This document shows, in pieces, positions 44,013 to 53,652 of a DNA stretch of 64,000 bases. The DNA is from a virus. Taxonomy: Duplodnaviria > Caudoviricetes. The first letter of the stretch is position 1, and each line of letters opens with the position of its first letter. Below the pieces are notes generated by a model. The model was not told the DNA's origin, did not search any database, and worked only from the letters and a program-made list of their open reading frames with translations. The position numbers and the translations under genes were made by a program. The stretch lies in IMG/VR virus record IMGVR_UViG_3300021387_000147; one strand, given 5' to 3'.

Positions 44013-44320
44013 ATATATCCATTTTTCTCTAGAACTTTCTTCGCTTCCTTTATCAAGTGTCTGTGTGTCTGACGGAATCCTTCATTAAAGTATTCTGATA
44101 GACCATCAGAAATTGTACCATTAGCATTTTCCAATTCCCATAGCGCATCAACATCCATATCTAGGACGTCAGCACAGAAATCAATGCAGTCATCTATTGA
44201 GACTGGAGCATCAAACTTCTTTACGTGCATAATATATTCTTGAATTGCATTATCAATTTCTGAAAATGTTCCTTCGTTAATCATGGTACTTTCCTTTATA
44301 TCTGTTTGTGTGAAACTCAT
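44003..44320 (-). CDS. late-type protein with C-terminal EAKKVLEKNGY peptide
   Basis: TATAAATA at 44337-44344; AGGAG RBS. Confidence 0.7.
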   Translation of the reverse strand: MSFTQTDIKESTMINEGTFSEIDNAIQEYIMHVKKFDAPVSIDDCIDFCADVLDMDVDALWELENANGTISDGLSEYFNEGFRQTHRHLIKEAKKVLEKNGYIVK

Positions 44321-44339
44321 AATATCTCCTATACTTTAT

Positions 44340-44702
44340 TTATATAAATTCATCCAATTCCTTCTGTGCAATCTCATGATTTATTTCATTTGTATAACTT
44401 CCTTCATAAAATTCAAAGAAAGTCATACCTTTCATATTCTGATATTCTACTGCATATCCTCCTGGAGCTGCAGGATAAATACCTTTTATAATCAATTTTG
44501 CATCAGTTTTAATTGAATGATGTCCTTTAGTACTTTCAGGATGATATATCATTCTATGATGTGTAGGACAATAACTCAATGTCACATGCTTATTTAATCT
44601 TGGCCATAACTCTCTTGGTACTATATGATGAAATTCAATCAAACTCCTTTCATCTGTATGATACTGACAATTAGGCCAATGACACTTATACTCTATATGC
44701 AT
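44340..44702 (-). CDS. HNH-like nuclease
   Basis: C..PNC, EFHHIVP, CPTHHRMIYH. Confidence 0.65.
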   Translation of the reverse strand: MHIEYKCHWPNCQYHTDERSLIEFHHIVPRELWPRLNKHVTLSYCPTHHRMIYHPESTKGHHSIKTDAKLIIKGIYPAAPGGYAVEYQNMKGMTFFEFYEGSYTNEINHEIAQKELDEFI

Positions 44703-45885
44703 CTTTATACTTCTTCAACATTCTATCATGTAATTCCTTACCAAACTTAGGTCCAGTAATTCCTTCTTTCTGAATTTCCTGGCTTACTTGTTTTTGTAAT
44801 GGCATTACATTATCAATCAACTCTTCAATCTTTTCTAACTTATTATCTGGAACTTCTACACCATATAAATTTGCAATCTCTAATAATCTTATAAAGTTTT
44901 TATCATTACAAACTTTAACTGTAGTGACCAAATCTTCTTCAAAATTACGCAATACATCTATACCTTGTTCTACATACTTTGCACATTTCAATGTATCAAC
45001 ATCTAATTTCATTTTATACATTGTCTTTTCTATATCATCTGAATTCAATAAAATCAAGACCATACTTGTCATTGGATCTTTAGCTAATTCAGGATGAATA
45101 GAATGAGTGACTCTATATGTAGCAACTCTATTTAATGCATCCCAATTGATATATTGATTATCAATATTATCACATGCACCAGTTTCTACTAAAATCTTTA
45201 TTACATAAGCAAATTGTTTAATACCATATTCTGCTGTCTTCTTCAATTCAGCACTAATACGTTCCATTGCCAATCCAGTAATTTTAGATTTCAAATCACA
45301 AATAGACTTATATGTAGCATCATCAATCTTCATATCAAATCTTGCTGCAAATCGAATAGCTCTAATTATTCTCAATGCATCTTCATTAAATCTTGCATTA
45401 GAATCACCTACTGTTCTTAAAATCTTATTGTCTAAATCTTGTTCACCACCATAATAGTCAATCAAATTACCTTCAGCATCAATTCCCATTGCATTAATAG
45501 TAAAATCTCTTCTTGCTGTATCATCCTTAAATGACTTTGTAAATTTGACACTATCTGGATGCCTTCCATCAGAATAATCTCCATCTACTCTAAACTGAGT
45601 GACTTCAAATGCTATTCCTTTATGAATTACCAATATAGTTCCATGTGCTTCACCATTATTTGATGTGCATTTGAAATTATCATATAACTCATCTATAGGC
45701 ATATTTGTAGCTATATCAACATCATGGATATTAGGTTCTCCTTTCTGACCATTCTTATACCATAAGACAATATCTCTTACACATCCACCTACTATATAAG
45801 CTTCATATCCAAAATTATTGATCTGTTTACACAAATCAACACCTTTTAAGACTTCATCATCAAATTTAGACCATTCTATTTTCAT
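44686..45885 (-). CDS. cca: CCA tRNA nucleotidyltransferase (class II NTase)
   Basis: YIVGGCVRD, DVDIAT, EVTQFR.DG.Y.DGRHP, RRDFTINA, RFNEDALRIIRA.RF. Confidence 0.9.
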   Translation of the reverse strand: MKIEWSKFDDEVLKGVDLCKQINNFGYEAYIVGGCVRDIVLWYKNGQKGEPNIHDVDIATNMPIDELYDNFKCTSNNGEAHGTILVIHKGIAFEVTQFRVDGDYSDGRHPDSVKFTKSFKDDTARRDFTINAMGIDAEGNLIDYYGGEQDLDNKILRTVGDSNARFNEDALRIIRAIRFAARFDMKIDDATYKSICDLKSKITGLAMERISAELKKTAEYGIKQFAYVIKILVETGACDNIDNQYINWDALNRVATYRVTHSIHPELAKDPMTSMVLILLNSDDIEKTMYKMKLDVDTLKCAKYVEQGIDVLRNFEEDLVTTVKVCNDKNFIRLLEIANLYGVEVPDNKLEKIEELIDNVMPLQKQVSQEIQKEGITGPKFGKELHDRMLKKYKDAYRV

Positions 45886-45920
45886 TTTAATTAAAATCCT
45901 TTATTTTTATCTAATAGATT

Positions 45921-46306
45921 GATGTTTCTAAGAAACATCCAATTGTCTTTTAGACAATTGATTTATTTTATTTATTTAATTATTATAAGATTCTAATATA
46001 TTACATTTTTCATGATATGGTAGCAGGACATAATAAGCCTATCCAGACTTACTATGATATTACTATTTCATTGACTGGAATTGCAGTATCATTAACAAGG
46101 TGATTTACACTTATGCTTAACGGGATGGTCATCCTGTACTCCGACTATATCATAAGAAACACATGACGGCATATTGAAGAGTCGTTAATTCTTCATCATT
46201 GGAAACATTCTTATTTCAGCTTTACCTTCACTGGAATGGCCTAAACTTATCCGACAACTCATTGGGTTGAGCTCCGAGCCAGAACTAGGGCTTTAATGTC
46301 GAATAA
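45921..46306. other. non-coding locus with many inverted repeats (structured RNA or origin candidate)
   Basis: No ORF >=60 aa; at least eight stems visible. Confidence 0.5.
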
Positions 46307-46349
46307 AATATAAAAAAGATAAACCATTTGGTTCATCTTCTATAGGTCT

Positions 46350-46517
46350 TTATTCCATATTTCCTTGCCAATCAAAATTATAGACTCTTTTTTGACCATC
46401 CATATCATAAATTTCTACTTTATATGGTGAATGGTCTTCAATTGGCTCTTTAGGTTTCTTTTCTTTTTTAACTTTTGGTTCTTTTTTAGAATCTTTCTTA
46501 GTCACAGTCTTCTTCAT
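46350..46517 (-). CDS. small Lys-rich protein (not in ORF track)
   Basis: 55 aa ORF MKKTVTKKDSKKEPK..., followed by hairpin plus T6 at 46312-46337. Confidence 0.55.
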   Translation of the reverse strand: MKKTVTKKDSKKEPKVKKEKKPKEPIEDHSPYKVEIYDMDGQKRVYNFDWQGNME

Positions 46518-46890
46518 GACAAATCCTTTCTATCTTTTCTTTTTTGGAACGCATTTTGGCTTGTTTGAAATTATATGTATAATTATCAACAACAGAAATA
46601 CAATCCTGTTCTACTACTTTTCCATAAGGAATCTTGACCGCATTTGCTTTATTTTTCTCAGTAAGCCAATAACATCCTTTATCATCGAAACGTTTAACTT
46701 CTCTAATAAGCTTATAAAGCTTACCATTTTCAAGATTAGCAATTTCATACAAGTGAATAGCACCGGTATAATCAGTAATTGGATAGCCAATCATATCTAG
46801 ATACCATCCTTTGAATTCAGTAGATCTGATTTCCATTCCAAGTTCTTTGAAATAGTCAAGTATTCCTTGTCTGTCATGCGTCTTAATCAT
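46498..46890 (-). CDS. hypothetical protein
   Basis: C-terminal K-rich helix like the 40502-43547 group. Confidence 0.65.
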   Translation of the reverse strand: MIKTHDRQGILDYFKELGMEIRSTEFKGWYLDMIGYPITDYTGAIHLYEIANLENGKLYKLIREVKRFDDKGCYWLTEKNKANAVKIPYGKVVEQDCISVVDNYTYNFKQAKMRSKKEKIERICHEEDCD

Positions 46891-46895
46891 CTAAA

Positions 46896-47330
46896 CTATC
46901 CTAGGTTAATGTTCATCTTTTCAAGCGCTTTCTTAATAATTGGTCTCATCTTTGGATAGAAATATGTAATATCATCAACCAATTCAAAACCATTTATTTC
47001 AGGCACTTGTCTTCCATTTATATTAAAGTAAGAAGTGCACTTCATCTTGGACTTGTCGATCTTTCCAATCCAAGCATATACATACAAATCCTTATTTTCA
47101 AGATACTTATTCAAACCAATATCTACGATTGCACTTCCATTTGGAATCTTAAATCCAGTTTCTTCAAACAATTCTCTTTTAGCGCAATCAATATAAGTTT
47201 CACCTTTTTCAATGTGACCCTTTGGAATATCCCAAAATCCACGAACGTATTTCTTTCTAGTAGGGTGACAAGCTAAAATTTTATGACTTTCTTCGTCAAT
47301 TAAAATAAATCCACAACTTAATTCTTTCAT
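46896..47330 (-). CDS. Nudix hydrolase
   Basis: Nudix box KGHIEKGETYIDCAKRELFEETG. Confidence 0.92.
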   Translation of the reverse strand: MKELSCGFILIDEESHKILACHPTRKKYVRGFWDIPKGHIEKGETYIDCAKRELFEETGFKIPNGSAIVDIGLNKYLENKDLYVYAWIGKIDKSKMKCTSYFNINGRQVPEINGFELVDDITYFYPKMRPIIKKALEKMNINLG

Positions 47331-47337
47331 AACTTAT

Positions 47338-47748
47338 TTATAGCCTCTCATCTACCCATTCACCATTTTCTTGCGTATAGTGAATTCGTTTAATTCCAAA
47401 TGATTTAATAATCTTTTGACACATTGGACACGGTTTACTTGTCTTTGAATTCTCATTATTACGACATACCCAAAGGTCACACTTATGAATAATACGAGAA
47501 TGATGCTTCATCGCACGCATAATTGCAACAGGCTCTGCATGCAACGCTTTCAAATCATTATAGCACTTCGTAAAATCATTCTTTAAATTGATATTTGTTC
47601 CGCTTGAAATGATAACGTTATTATACGTCAGAACACATGCATGCTTGCATCGAGAATATTGGTGAGGATTGTCTTTAATTGCCAAATCCTCAACAAATTC
47701 CTTTACATATTTTTCAAAAGTGTTCTTATTCATACCATTTTCCACCAT
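47338..47748 (-). CDS. zinc-dependent cytidine/deoxycytidylate deaminase family protein
   Basis: HAE and SKPCPMC motifs. Confidence 0.85.
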   Translation of the reverse strand: MVENGMNKNTFEKYVKEFVEDLAIKDNPHQYSRCKHACVLTYNNVIISSGTNINLKNDFTKCYNDLKALHAEPVAIMRAMKHHSRIIHKCDLWVCRNNENSKTSKPCPMCQKIIKSFGIKRIHYTQENGEWVDERL

Positions 47749-47995
47749 TTATCCGACCAAACATAACCATTACCAGAGCACCAGCCATGTTGTTTGAAAT
47801 TCTTTGTTTTACAAGCCAGTACACATTTCTTTTCAATCTTTATAATTGGGTCATTAAATGTTTTAGTTATAAATTTCAATCTTTTTTCTAAATTTGTAAT
47901 TACTGAATTTCCTTCTAAAATAAGCTGACTATCACAATCAATTAAATCATGTGAAATGTGACCGTCTTTATAATAGATTTTTAATTCAAATAACA

Positions 47996-48664
47996 TTACT
48001 TACACACTCTTTCTTTACAAAGTGAATGAATTTCAAAATACTTTTTCAGCTTATTCTGCATAGAACATGCAGACAAATAAATTGGATAGCGTTCCTTATC
48101 ATCCTCTGGAGGAATTCGATAATCACGAGAATAATCTTCAAACAACATATTCCAATGCTGTCCATCAGGATAAATATCATCATACTTTCTAACTACTTGG
48201 CCAATAAACTTAAGAGCATCAACAAAATAATCATACTTGTCACCCTTAAGATCGATATAGACCTTAGGAAATTTTACTGGAGTTCGTATCCATCTAATTG
48301 TAGAAGCAGTCACACCAGACAAATAAAAACCCTTATTTCCATCAAGTCCAAACGGAACCTTAACAGTGACAGAAGGCTTCCAACCATATTGGCCTGGATC
48401 ACGTGAAGTTAAATTGCATTGAAGTGAACCAGCAAAATTTCCACGTTGATCATCATTTATCATAGTAATGCTATGATATGCATTTGATGCCTTCAAATCT
48501 TCAACAAATTCATTGAAATTTTTTAAATGGTCACTAGCAATAATTTTGTCCATGCTCTTGAGCTGGGACTTATAACTTTCCACAGCGCGCTGATACTCTC
48601 CATCAATTTGATCATGCGCAATATTAAAAAACTGTATAGGAGTACAATCCTGACAAATATACAT
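47996..48664 (-). CDS. hypothetical early protein
   Basis: First gene after promoter cassette 6. Confidence 0.75.
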   Translation of the reverse strand: MYICQDCTPIQFFNIAHDQIDGEYQRAVESYKSQLKSMDKIIASDHLKNFNEFVEDLKASNAYHSITMINDDQRGNFAGSLQCNLTSRDPGQYGWKPSVTVKVPFGLDGNKGFYLSGVTASTIRWIRTPVKFPKVYIDLKGDKYDYFVDALKFIGQVVRKYDDIYPDGQHWNMLFEDYSRDYRIPPEDDKERYPIYLSACSMQNKLKKYFEIHSLCKERVCK

Positions 48665-48669
48665 ATAAA

Positions 48670-48749
48670 TTTTCCTTTTCTTTAATAAGTAAAATATAAC
48701 AAAAAACGAGGGTCTTGTAAACCCTCTTTATTGTAAAATTATGTTTACA
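48670..48749 (-). promoter_or_regulatory. boxed promoter cassette 6
   Basis: Box 48732; TTTACA-17-TATATT; GAGGGT/ACCCTC hairpin over the -35. Confidence 0.85.
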
Positions 48750-49596
48750 AAGTTATACAATTGAGCTTTCCGGAGCATGGCGTAAAAGTCATTTCTCCAA
48801 AATAGAATTCCTTTAAATGCGTATATAAATCGACTCGAACAAAATCAAATCCATTCGATAATGTTTTAGCGATTTCTTTCAAACCTTCTAACTGATAATT
48901 CCAAGATGGTGGAAGGTCTCTCATTTGAGGCTCTGCGCCAATATACCAAGAATTGTATTTTCCATTTTCATCGACAAATCCAATATATTCTTCTAAGTTC
49001 TTTCCAAGTTTCTTAGTCAATGATATACCTTGGATTTCTCCATTGATGCACCAAAATCCCCAATCAAGTGGATGCGATATGAATTCTCGTTGTGCAATGA
49101 GCGTGGGCGTTATATTTTCGTATTGTGCTTCATAACCAGTCATATAGGCGTAATTCAGAGTAAGCCATTCATTCAACTTTTTCTCTGATTCACCATAGGG
49201 CTGATGAAGATTTATGAGCCTATTCCAACCACTTCCATGATTACATTTTACAATTATATTGTCTTTAGTTCCTAAGAATGTTCCAGCTTCTGCAATGTTT
49301 TCAATTTCATAAGTTGGAAGAACATATCGATTTCCTAAGATTTTTTGTGCTTTATAATAAGCAGTTAATTTATCTGCCCAATCTTGACATTTCTTTTGAT
49401 ATGCTTTATTGGAAGCAATCTTTAATTTTTGAGCACAAACGTTTTTGACAATATCAGTTCTTGTATTCCAATCAGGAACGTTCTTTGATAACCAATCAAA
49501 ACAATATTGTATTTTATTATTAGAAAAACGGCATGCATTATATTCTGTTTGATGCATACCATTCAACCATTCTTGTTTATATTCTTCTTCTGTCAT
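48745..49596 (-). CDS. TupA-like ATP-grasp protein
   Basis: ADK, IVKCNHGSGWN, FDFVRVDLY, FGEMTFTPCSG. Confidence 0.88.
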   Translation of the reverse strand: MTEEEYKQEWLNGMHQTEYNACRFSNNKIQYCFDWLSKNVPDWNTRTDIVKNVCAQKLKIASNKAYQKKCQDWADKLTAYYKAQKILGNRYVLPTYEIENIAEAGTFLGTKDNIIVKCNHGSGWNRLINLHQPYGESEKKLNEWLTLNYAYMTGYEAQYENITPTLIAQREFISHPLDWGFWCINGEIQGISLTKKLGKNLEEYIGFVDENGKYNSWYIGAEPQMRDLPPSWNYQLEGLKEIAKTLSNGFDFVRVDLYTHLKEFYFGEMTFTPCSGKLNCITL

Positions 49597-49949
49597 TACT
49601 TTTTCTTTTTAGCTTTCGAATAGAAAATTGGGAAACCAAAAATAAAGACAATTATTGCAATTGGAAGATAAAATACCCATGCGAAACTTAATAATGATGC
49701 AGCGAAGAAATATCCTGCAGCAAGATTATCTTTAATATCTGCACTCATCCAAAAGATAGCAAGGATAATTGTTGCAATAACAGTTCCAATAGCATACAAT
49801 CCAAGTGGAGTTAACACTGCAACAATAACTGTACAAATTAAACCAGCAATTCCATGCAGTGCCATCATAGCACAATCAAAATCGTCTTGTTCTTTTGATT
49901 TAGAAAAATTACGTGTAATACCAGTCCAAATATCTTCTAAAAATTCCAT
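49596..49949 (-). CDS. multi-pass membrane protein
   Basis: Three to four hydrophobic segments. Confidence 0.7.
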   Translation of the reverse strand: MEFLEDIWTGITRNFSKSKEQDDFDCAMMALHGIAGLICTVIVAVLTPLGLYAIGTVIATIILAIFWMSADIKDNLAAGYFFAASLLSFAWVFYLPIAIIVFIFGFPIFYSKAKKKK

Positions 49950-50368
49950 TACTTTTTAGTCCTTTTAATTCGTTTGCCATCACCAGTTTTAGTCACAGGA
50001 ATTGCGTCGATATTCATAGATTGAATAGCATTACATAAAAGCATTATCTTTTCAATTGTTTCTTTCTTTTTCTTAGTTGCTTCTAAACACTGGCCTAAAT
50101 CATGAATACGCATCATATATCGATAACAATCATAATTCTTTAAATCAGCTACATTAAATCCAGAATTCAATTTTTCATTTTCTGGATAAGCACGAGCAAG
50201 ACAATGATGAGCAACCACATGTTCACGTGGAGTTAAGTAAATCCAGTTCGTTTCAATATCTGGTCCACCCATACTCTGTGGAATAATATGATGCTTATCA
50301 TAAAGGATGGACGGAGTTCGTCCAGCCGCTTTAGCAATGATTTGATAATATACTTTTAAATAATTCAT
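49949..50368 (-). CDS. HNH endonuclease-like protein
   Basis: MNY...Y..II, HHIIPQSMGG.D, LTPREH..AH..L. Confidence 0.8.
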   Translation of the reverse strand: MNYLKVYYQIIAKAAGRTPSILYDKHHIIPQSMGGPDIETNWIYLTPREHVVAHHCLARAYPENEKLNSGFNVADLKNYDCYRYMMRIHDLGQCLEATKKKKETIEKIMLLCNAIQSMNIDAIPVTKTGDGKRIKRTKK

Positions 50369-50371
50369 AGA

Positions 50372-50800
50372 CTATTTATCTGTATTGACAACAGTCTCAC
50401 CAGGAAAATCAGCCATCTTTGCTCGCATCTTTTCCAGAGTTTCCTCAGGAACATTGTGAACATTCTGGTGATTTCCATGGATAGCGACTACTTCAAAATC
50501 AGCAAGCGCATCATTTGCAATCTTAATATAGTTGTTAACATCAGCCAATCCAAGATTAGTATTAGCAACAACAACTACGTCATACATATCAAGCGCTTTA
50601 CGAACAGATTCCTGACACCACTTATGTGCCATTCCAATTAACTTAGGATTCCAATTATACTTTCCATCTTTCATGAAAAAGTCATCAGCTTCAAATTTAA
50701 TTGCGGAAAGACCTGCGTCAATAGCACTATCAATAATTTTCTTTCCATAAGTGGACTTGCCAGAACCAGGCACTCCACGCAAAATATAAAGTTTAGACAT
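50372..50800 (-). CDS. P-loop kinase (AAA_33, polynucleotide kinase-like)
   Basis: RGVPGSGKST, ADDFF, AH.WC, NVHNVP. Confidence 0.85.
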   Translation of the reverse strand: MSKLYILRGVPGSGKSTYGKKIIDSAIDAGLSAIKFEADDFFMKDGKYNWNPKLIGMAHKWCQESVRKALDMYDVVVVANTNLGLADVNNYIKIANDALADFEVVAIHGNHQNVHNVPEETLEKMRAKMADFPGETVVNTDK

Positions 50801-50826
50801 ATAAATTAAAATCCTTTTGTTAATTA

Positions 50827-51471
50827 TTAGAACCCACGAATTCCACGAAGAAGATCTTCGAGTTCATCACGAGAAGAACGAGGACGGATTGGCTGGTCGA
50901 ATGCCTGAATGAGATTCAAAAGATTCAAAAGACCAAGAGCAGCGCGTTCGACATCCTTGTCAGAAGGTTTCTGTTCAATCTTAGGTTCATTTGTCTGAGT
51001 CTTAGTTGCAGTCTTTTCAGTATACTGCTTCTGTTCTGCAGCCTTCTTAGCCTTAATTTCCGCAGCCTTACGACGAAGGAAAGTCTGCCATTCTTCACGA
51101 GAATGAGTTGGAATTTCCTTACGAACTTCAGTCTGATTAGAGCGAGACTTACGCTTTTCAAGCTGTTCCTTTGCATTGAGGAAGATAGTCTTACATACAA
51201 GTTCACTTCTGCGAATCTTGTTCTTCAATTCAACCAACTTTTCACGAGCAGACTGAATAGTGCGAATATCTTCATTGATTTCGCGGACTTCCTTCTTACC
51301 AATGTGATTTGGAAGCTTTGCTTCAATTGACTCACGAGCAACGTCAAGAACTTCCTTAATCTGTGAAATTTCAAGTCGATGCTGTTTCATTGCACGCTGG
51401 TGTGCCTTAACAGTCATTACATTATCTGCACCAATTACAGATGCAATATCCTTAAGAGTAAGATTTGCCAT
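50827..51471 (-). CDS. basic coiled-coil protein
   Basis: First gene after promoter cassette 7; AAGGA RBS. Confidence 0.75.
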   Translation of the reverse strand: MANLTLKDIASVIGADNVMTVKAHQRAMKQHRLEISQIKEVLDVARESIEAKLPNHIGKKEVREINEDIRTIQSAREKLVELKNKIRRSELVCKTIFLNAKEQLEKRKSRSNQTEVRKEIPTHSREEWQTFLRRKAAEIKAKKAAEQKQYTEKTATKTQTNEPKIEQKPSDKDVERAALGLLNLLNLIQAFDQPIRPRSSRDELEDLLRGIRGF

Positions 51472-51499
51472 ATTTATTTTTCCTTTTATTTAAAGTTTC

Positions 51500-51562
51500 T
51501 ATCTTAATTATACCTTTTTATTTTACTTTTGTCAACCCTATTTTTGTAAAATTTTATTTACG
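51500..51562 (-). promoter_or_regulatory. boxed promoter cassette 7
   Basis: Box 51545 (1 mismatch, 9-nt gap); TTGACA-17-TATAAT. Confidence 0.85.
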
Positions 51563-51893
51563 CAAGAGCAAGTCCAACAATCAACAAAACCATCAAAGCC
51601 AAGTCATACAAACCACGGAACGGATGGCCTGTGAAAATATTGAGAATTCCAATTCCACGAAAAACAGCCAAAATTATTCCCATTACGAATGCCAAACCTC
51701 CAAGAGGATTTGTGGCGGAAATGATGGTCAAAACAAGTAGCGCTATAATTCCAAGCAATACTATGATGGCTGAAAGAACTTTGATTCCATCACCCTGGTC
51801 TGCGGCCGTAGCCATTTCGCCGAAACACTTGATGATTCCTACCACATGCTGAATTGCACAGAGAATGAAGAGAATTGTGAGCATAATTGCCAT
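51558..51893 (-). CDS. four-TM membrane protein
   Basis: Hydrophobic throughout. Confidence 0.75.
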   Translation of the reverse strand: MAIMLTILFILCAIQHVVGIIKCFGEMATAADQGDGIKVLSAIIVLLGIIALLVLTIISATNPLGGLAFVMGIILAVFRGIGILNIFTGHPFRGLYDLALMVLLIVGLALA

Positions 51894-51895
51894 AG

Positions 51896-52486
51896 TTATT
51901 TTTCCTTTTTGCTAATGTTTTTAATGAGTTTTTTCTTTGTATTAATTCTAGAACATCTTTCAAGATAGTCAAATAAACTTTCTCTACATTCTAGAAATTT
52001 ATTATATTCTTTTTGATGGTCTTTGAAATACTGTTCGAATGTGCCCTTAAATGGCTTATAGTCAGTTGCAAATCCCATATTATTGTGATTAGGGATATTA
52101 TAAAAATAATATAAAGACTCTCGATCACGAATACTAAACTTATCTTTAAAAAAGTTTACAAAATCAATAAGATTTTTTCTACTTATATTAAAGTATGATT
52201 CTCTTTTAATTTGATCACCTGCTCGAGATTCAACAAAGCCCGTTGGCATAGTCATCCAAAAACTAACAACATTTGTAAGTTTACCATTGATTTCACGAAC
52301 TTCTAGATTAATGCCGGCTATATTTGTAGTTTCGTAATGTTTATCAACATAATTATATTGCTGAGTGTAAGCAAGTTCAATAGATGCCAAATGTGCATCA
52401 CTTTTATAGATATGCATAAAATTAAATGACTTATGGACAATAAGTGTTTTCAGCCAATCATTCATTGCAGACACAGCAGGTTTCAT
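51896..52486 (-). CDS. hypothetical protein
   Basis: AAGGA RBS. Confidence 0.7.
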   Translation of the reverse strand: MKPAVSAMNDWLKTLIVHKSFNFMHIYKSDAHLASIELAYTQQYNYVDKHYETTNIAGINLEVREINGKLTNVVSFWMTMPTGFVESRAGDQIKRESYFNISRKNLIDFVNFFKDKFSIRDRESLYYFYNIPNHNNMGFATDYKPFKGTFEQYFKDHQKEYNKFLECRESLFDYLERCSRINTKKKLIKNISKKEK

Positions 52487-52630
52487 TTCTATTCCTTAAT
52501 TTGTTTTAAATGAGCGTAATTCCCAGAATGCAGAAAATCACGAGTAAAAATACCAAGAATAATAAACCGACAAGTTCACAAACAATAAAGCAAAGAATGA
52601 ACTTGCCAATTATGATTAAAAATTCTTTCA

Positions 52631-52978
52631 TTACTTAGTAGCCTTTTCAATAAACTTTTCAGCAATCTTATCGATAGCGCCTTTAGTCTTAAGGCCATTG
52701 CAATCGACAGTGAGTCCACCCATGTGATCAGACCAAGGATAGCCTTCGCTATCGTAGCCAATCCAAATTTCTTCAATCATCATTTCATGCTTATCGCACG
52801 GCCAGAAGATGAAGCGGTGAGAATTGATGCAATGACAAGTGCCATTGTCAGTGCGAATGTTGAGGGTAAGTTGGTCGTTATCGACAGAAGTACCATCAAC
52901 GTTGAGGTTGTTTTTAACTGCCACAGTTCCAACAGCAGTGCGAAGTTCTTCCAAAAACATTTCCATAGTCATATTCAT
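52631..52978 (-). CDS. hypothetical early protein
   Basis: First gene after promoter cassette 8. Confidence 0.75.
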   Translation of the reverse strand: MNMTMEMFLEELRTAVGTVAVKNNLNVDGTSVDNDQLTLNIRTDNGTCHCINSHRFIFWPCDKHEMMIEEIWIGYDSEGYPWSDHMGGLTVDCNGLKTKGAIDKIAEKFIEKATK

Positions 52979-52979
52979 T

Positions 52980-53092
52980 AACCTCTTTTATTTTAACAAG
53001 TAAAATATAAGTATTTTGGAATGTTTTGGTAACCCCTTTTATTGTAAAAAGAAGTTTACAATATAGTCCAGTTATGTAAAATAATGTTTACA
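52980..53092 (-). promoter_or_regulatory. boxed promoter cassette 8
   Basis: Boxes 53043 and 53075; TTACCA-17-TATATT; conserved leader. Confidence 0.88.
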
Positions 53093-53111
53093 TTCCTTCC
53101 CCCGAGGAAAA

Positions 53112-53202
53112 TTTAGCGCATCAGAAGCGCTTTCTGGGGCATTTTTGGCCTGGGGGATATAGTTACATGGCTAAATAAAAAAGAGCGCTCCAGAAGCGCT
53201 CT
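53112..53202. repeat. ~90 bp GC-rich double-hairpin element, copy B
   Basis: Aligns with 35514-35605; AGAGCGCT/AGCGCTCT hairpin plus T-run on the minus strand. Confidence 0.7.
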
Positions 53203-53205
53203 ATT

Positions 53206-53409
53206 TTAATTGTATTTCATATCGGTATGTTTTTCTTCCTCAATCCATTCTTTTCTGAATTTGGCGGCTCTTTCACGTATCCATTTTTTTACATATTCAT
53301 CGCCAGGGTCCCTACCAATACGCTCACCTTCTAACCATTTATCTACTTCTATCTTTTTAATTTGAGCATCCATAAATTCTTTATGCTCTTCATCAGTCAT
53401 TTCTGGCAT
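53206..53409 (-). CDS. DUF4032-like small protein
   Basis: IE.DKWLEGERIGRDPG.E....WI...A..FR..W. Confidence 0.55.
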   Translation of the reverse strand: MPEMTDEEHKEFMDAQIKKIEVDKWLEGERIGRDPGDEYVKKWIRERAAKFRKEWIEEEKHTDMKYN

Positions 53410-53652
53410 AACAATCTTCCCTCCTTAAAAAGAATAAAAGTTATAAAGCAGAATTACTTTATATCATTTATTGTTATGATTTGTTCTGATAACTTTTTAT
53501 CGTCATCATATACCATTTCATAAGAATGACATTTCAAATTATATTCTTCCAAAATCTGCTGAACTTCAGACAATGGCTTAAACATCATTTCTTCTGTCAA
53601 TTCTTGTGGAATTTCACGACTTGAATTATTGATTATTTTCACTTTCACCATA

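Noticed and set aside
46141-46190. Group I intron core (AACGACT ... GATATAGTC on the minus strand)
   Set aside because: Resembles the P7 strands, but I could not build P3-P6 and no interrupted gene flanks it.
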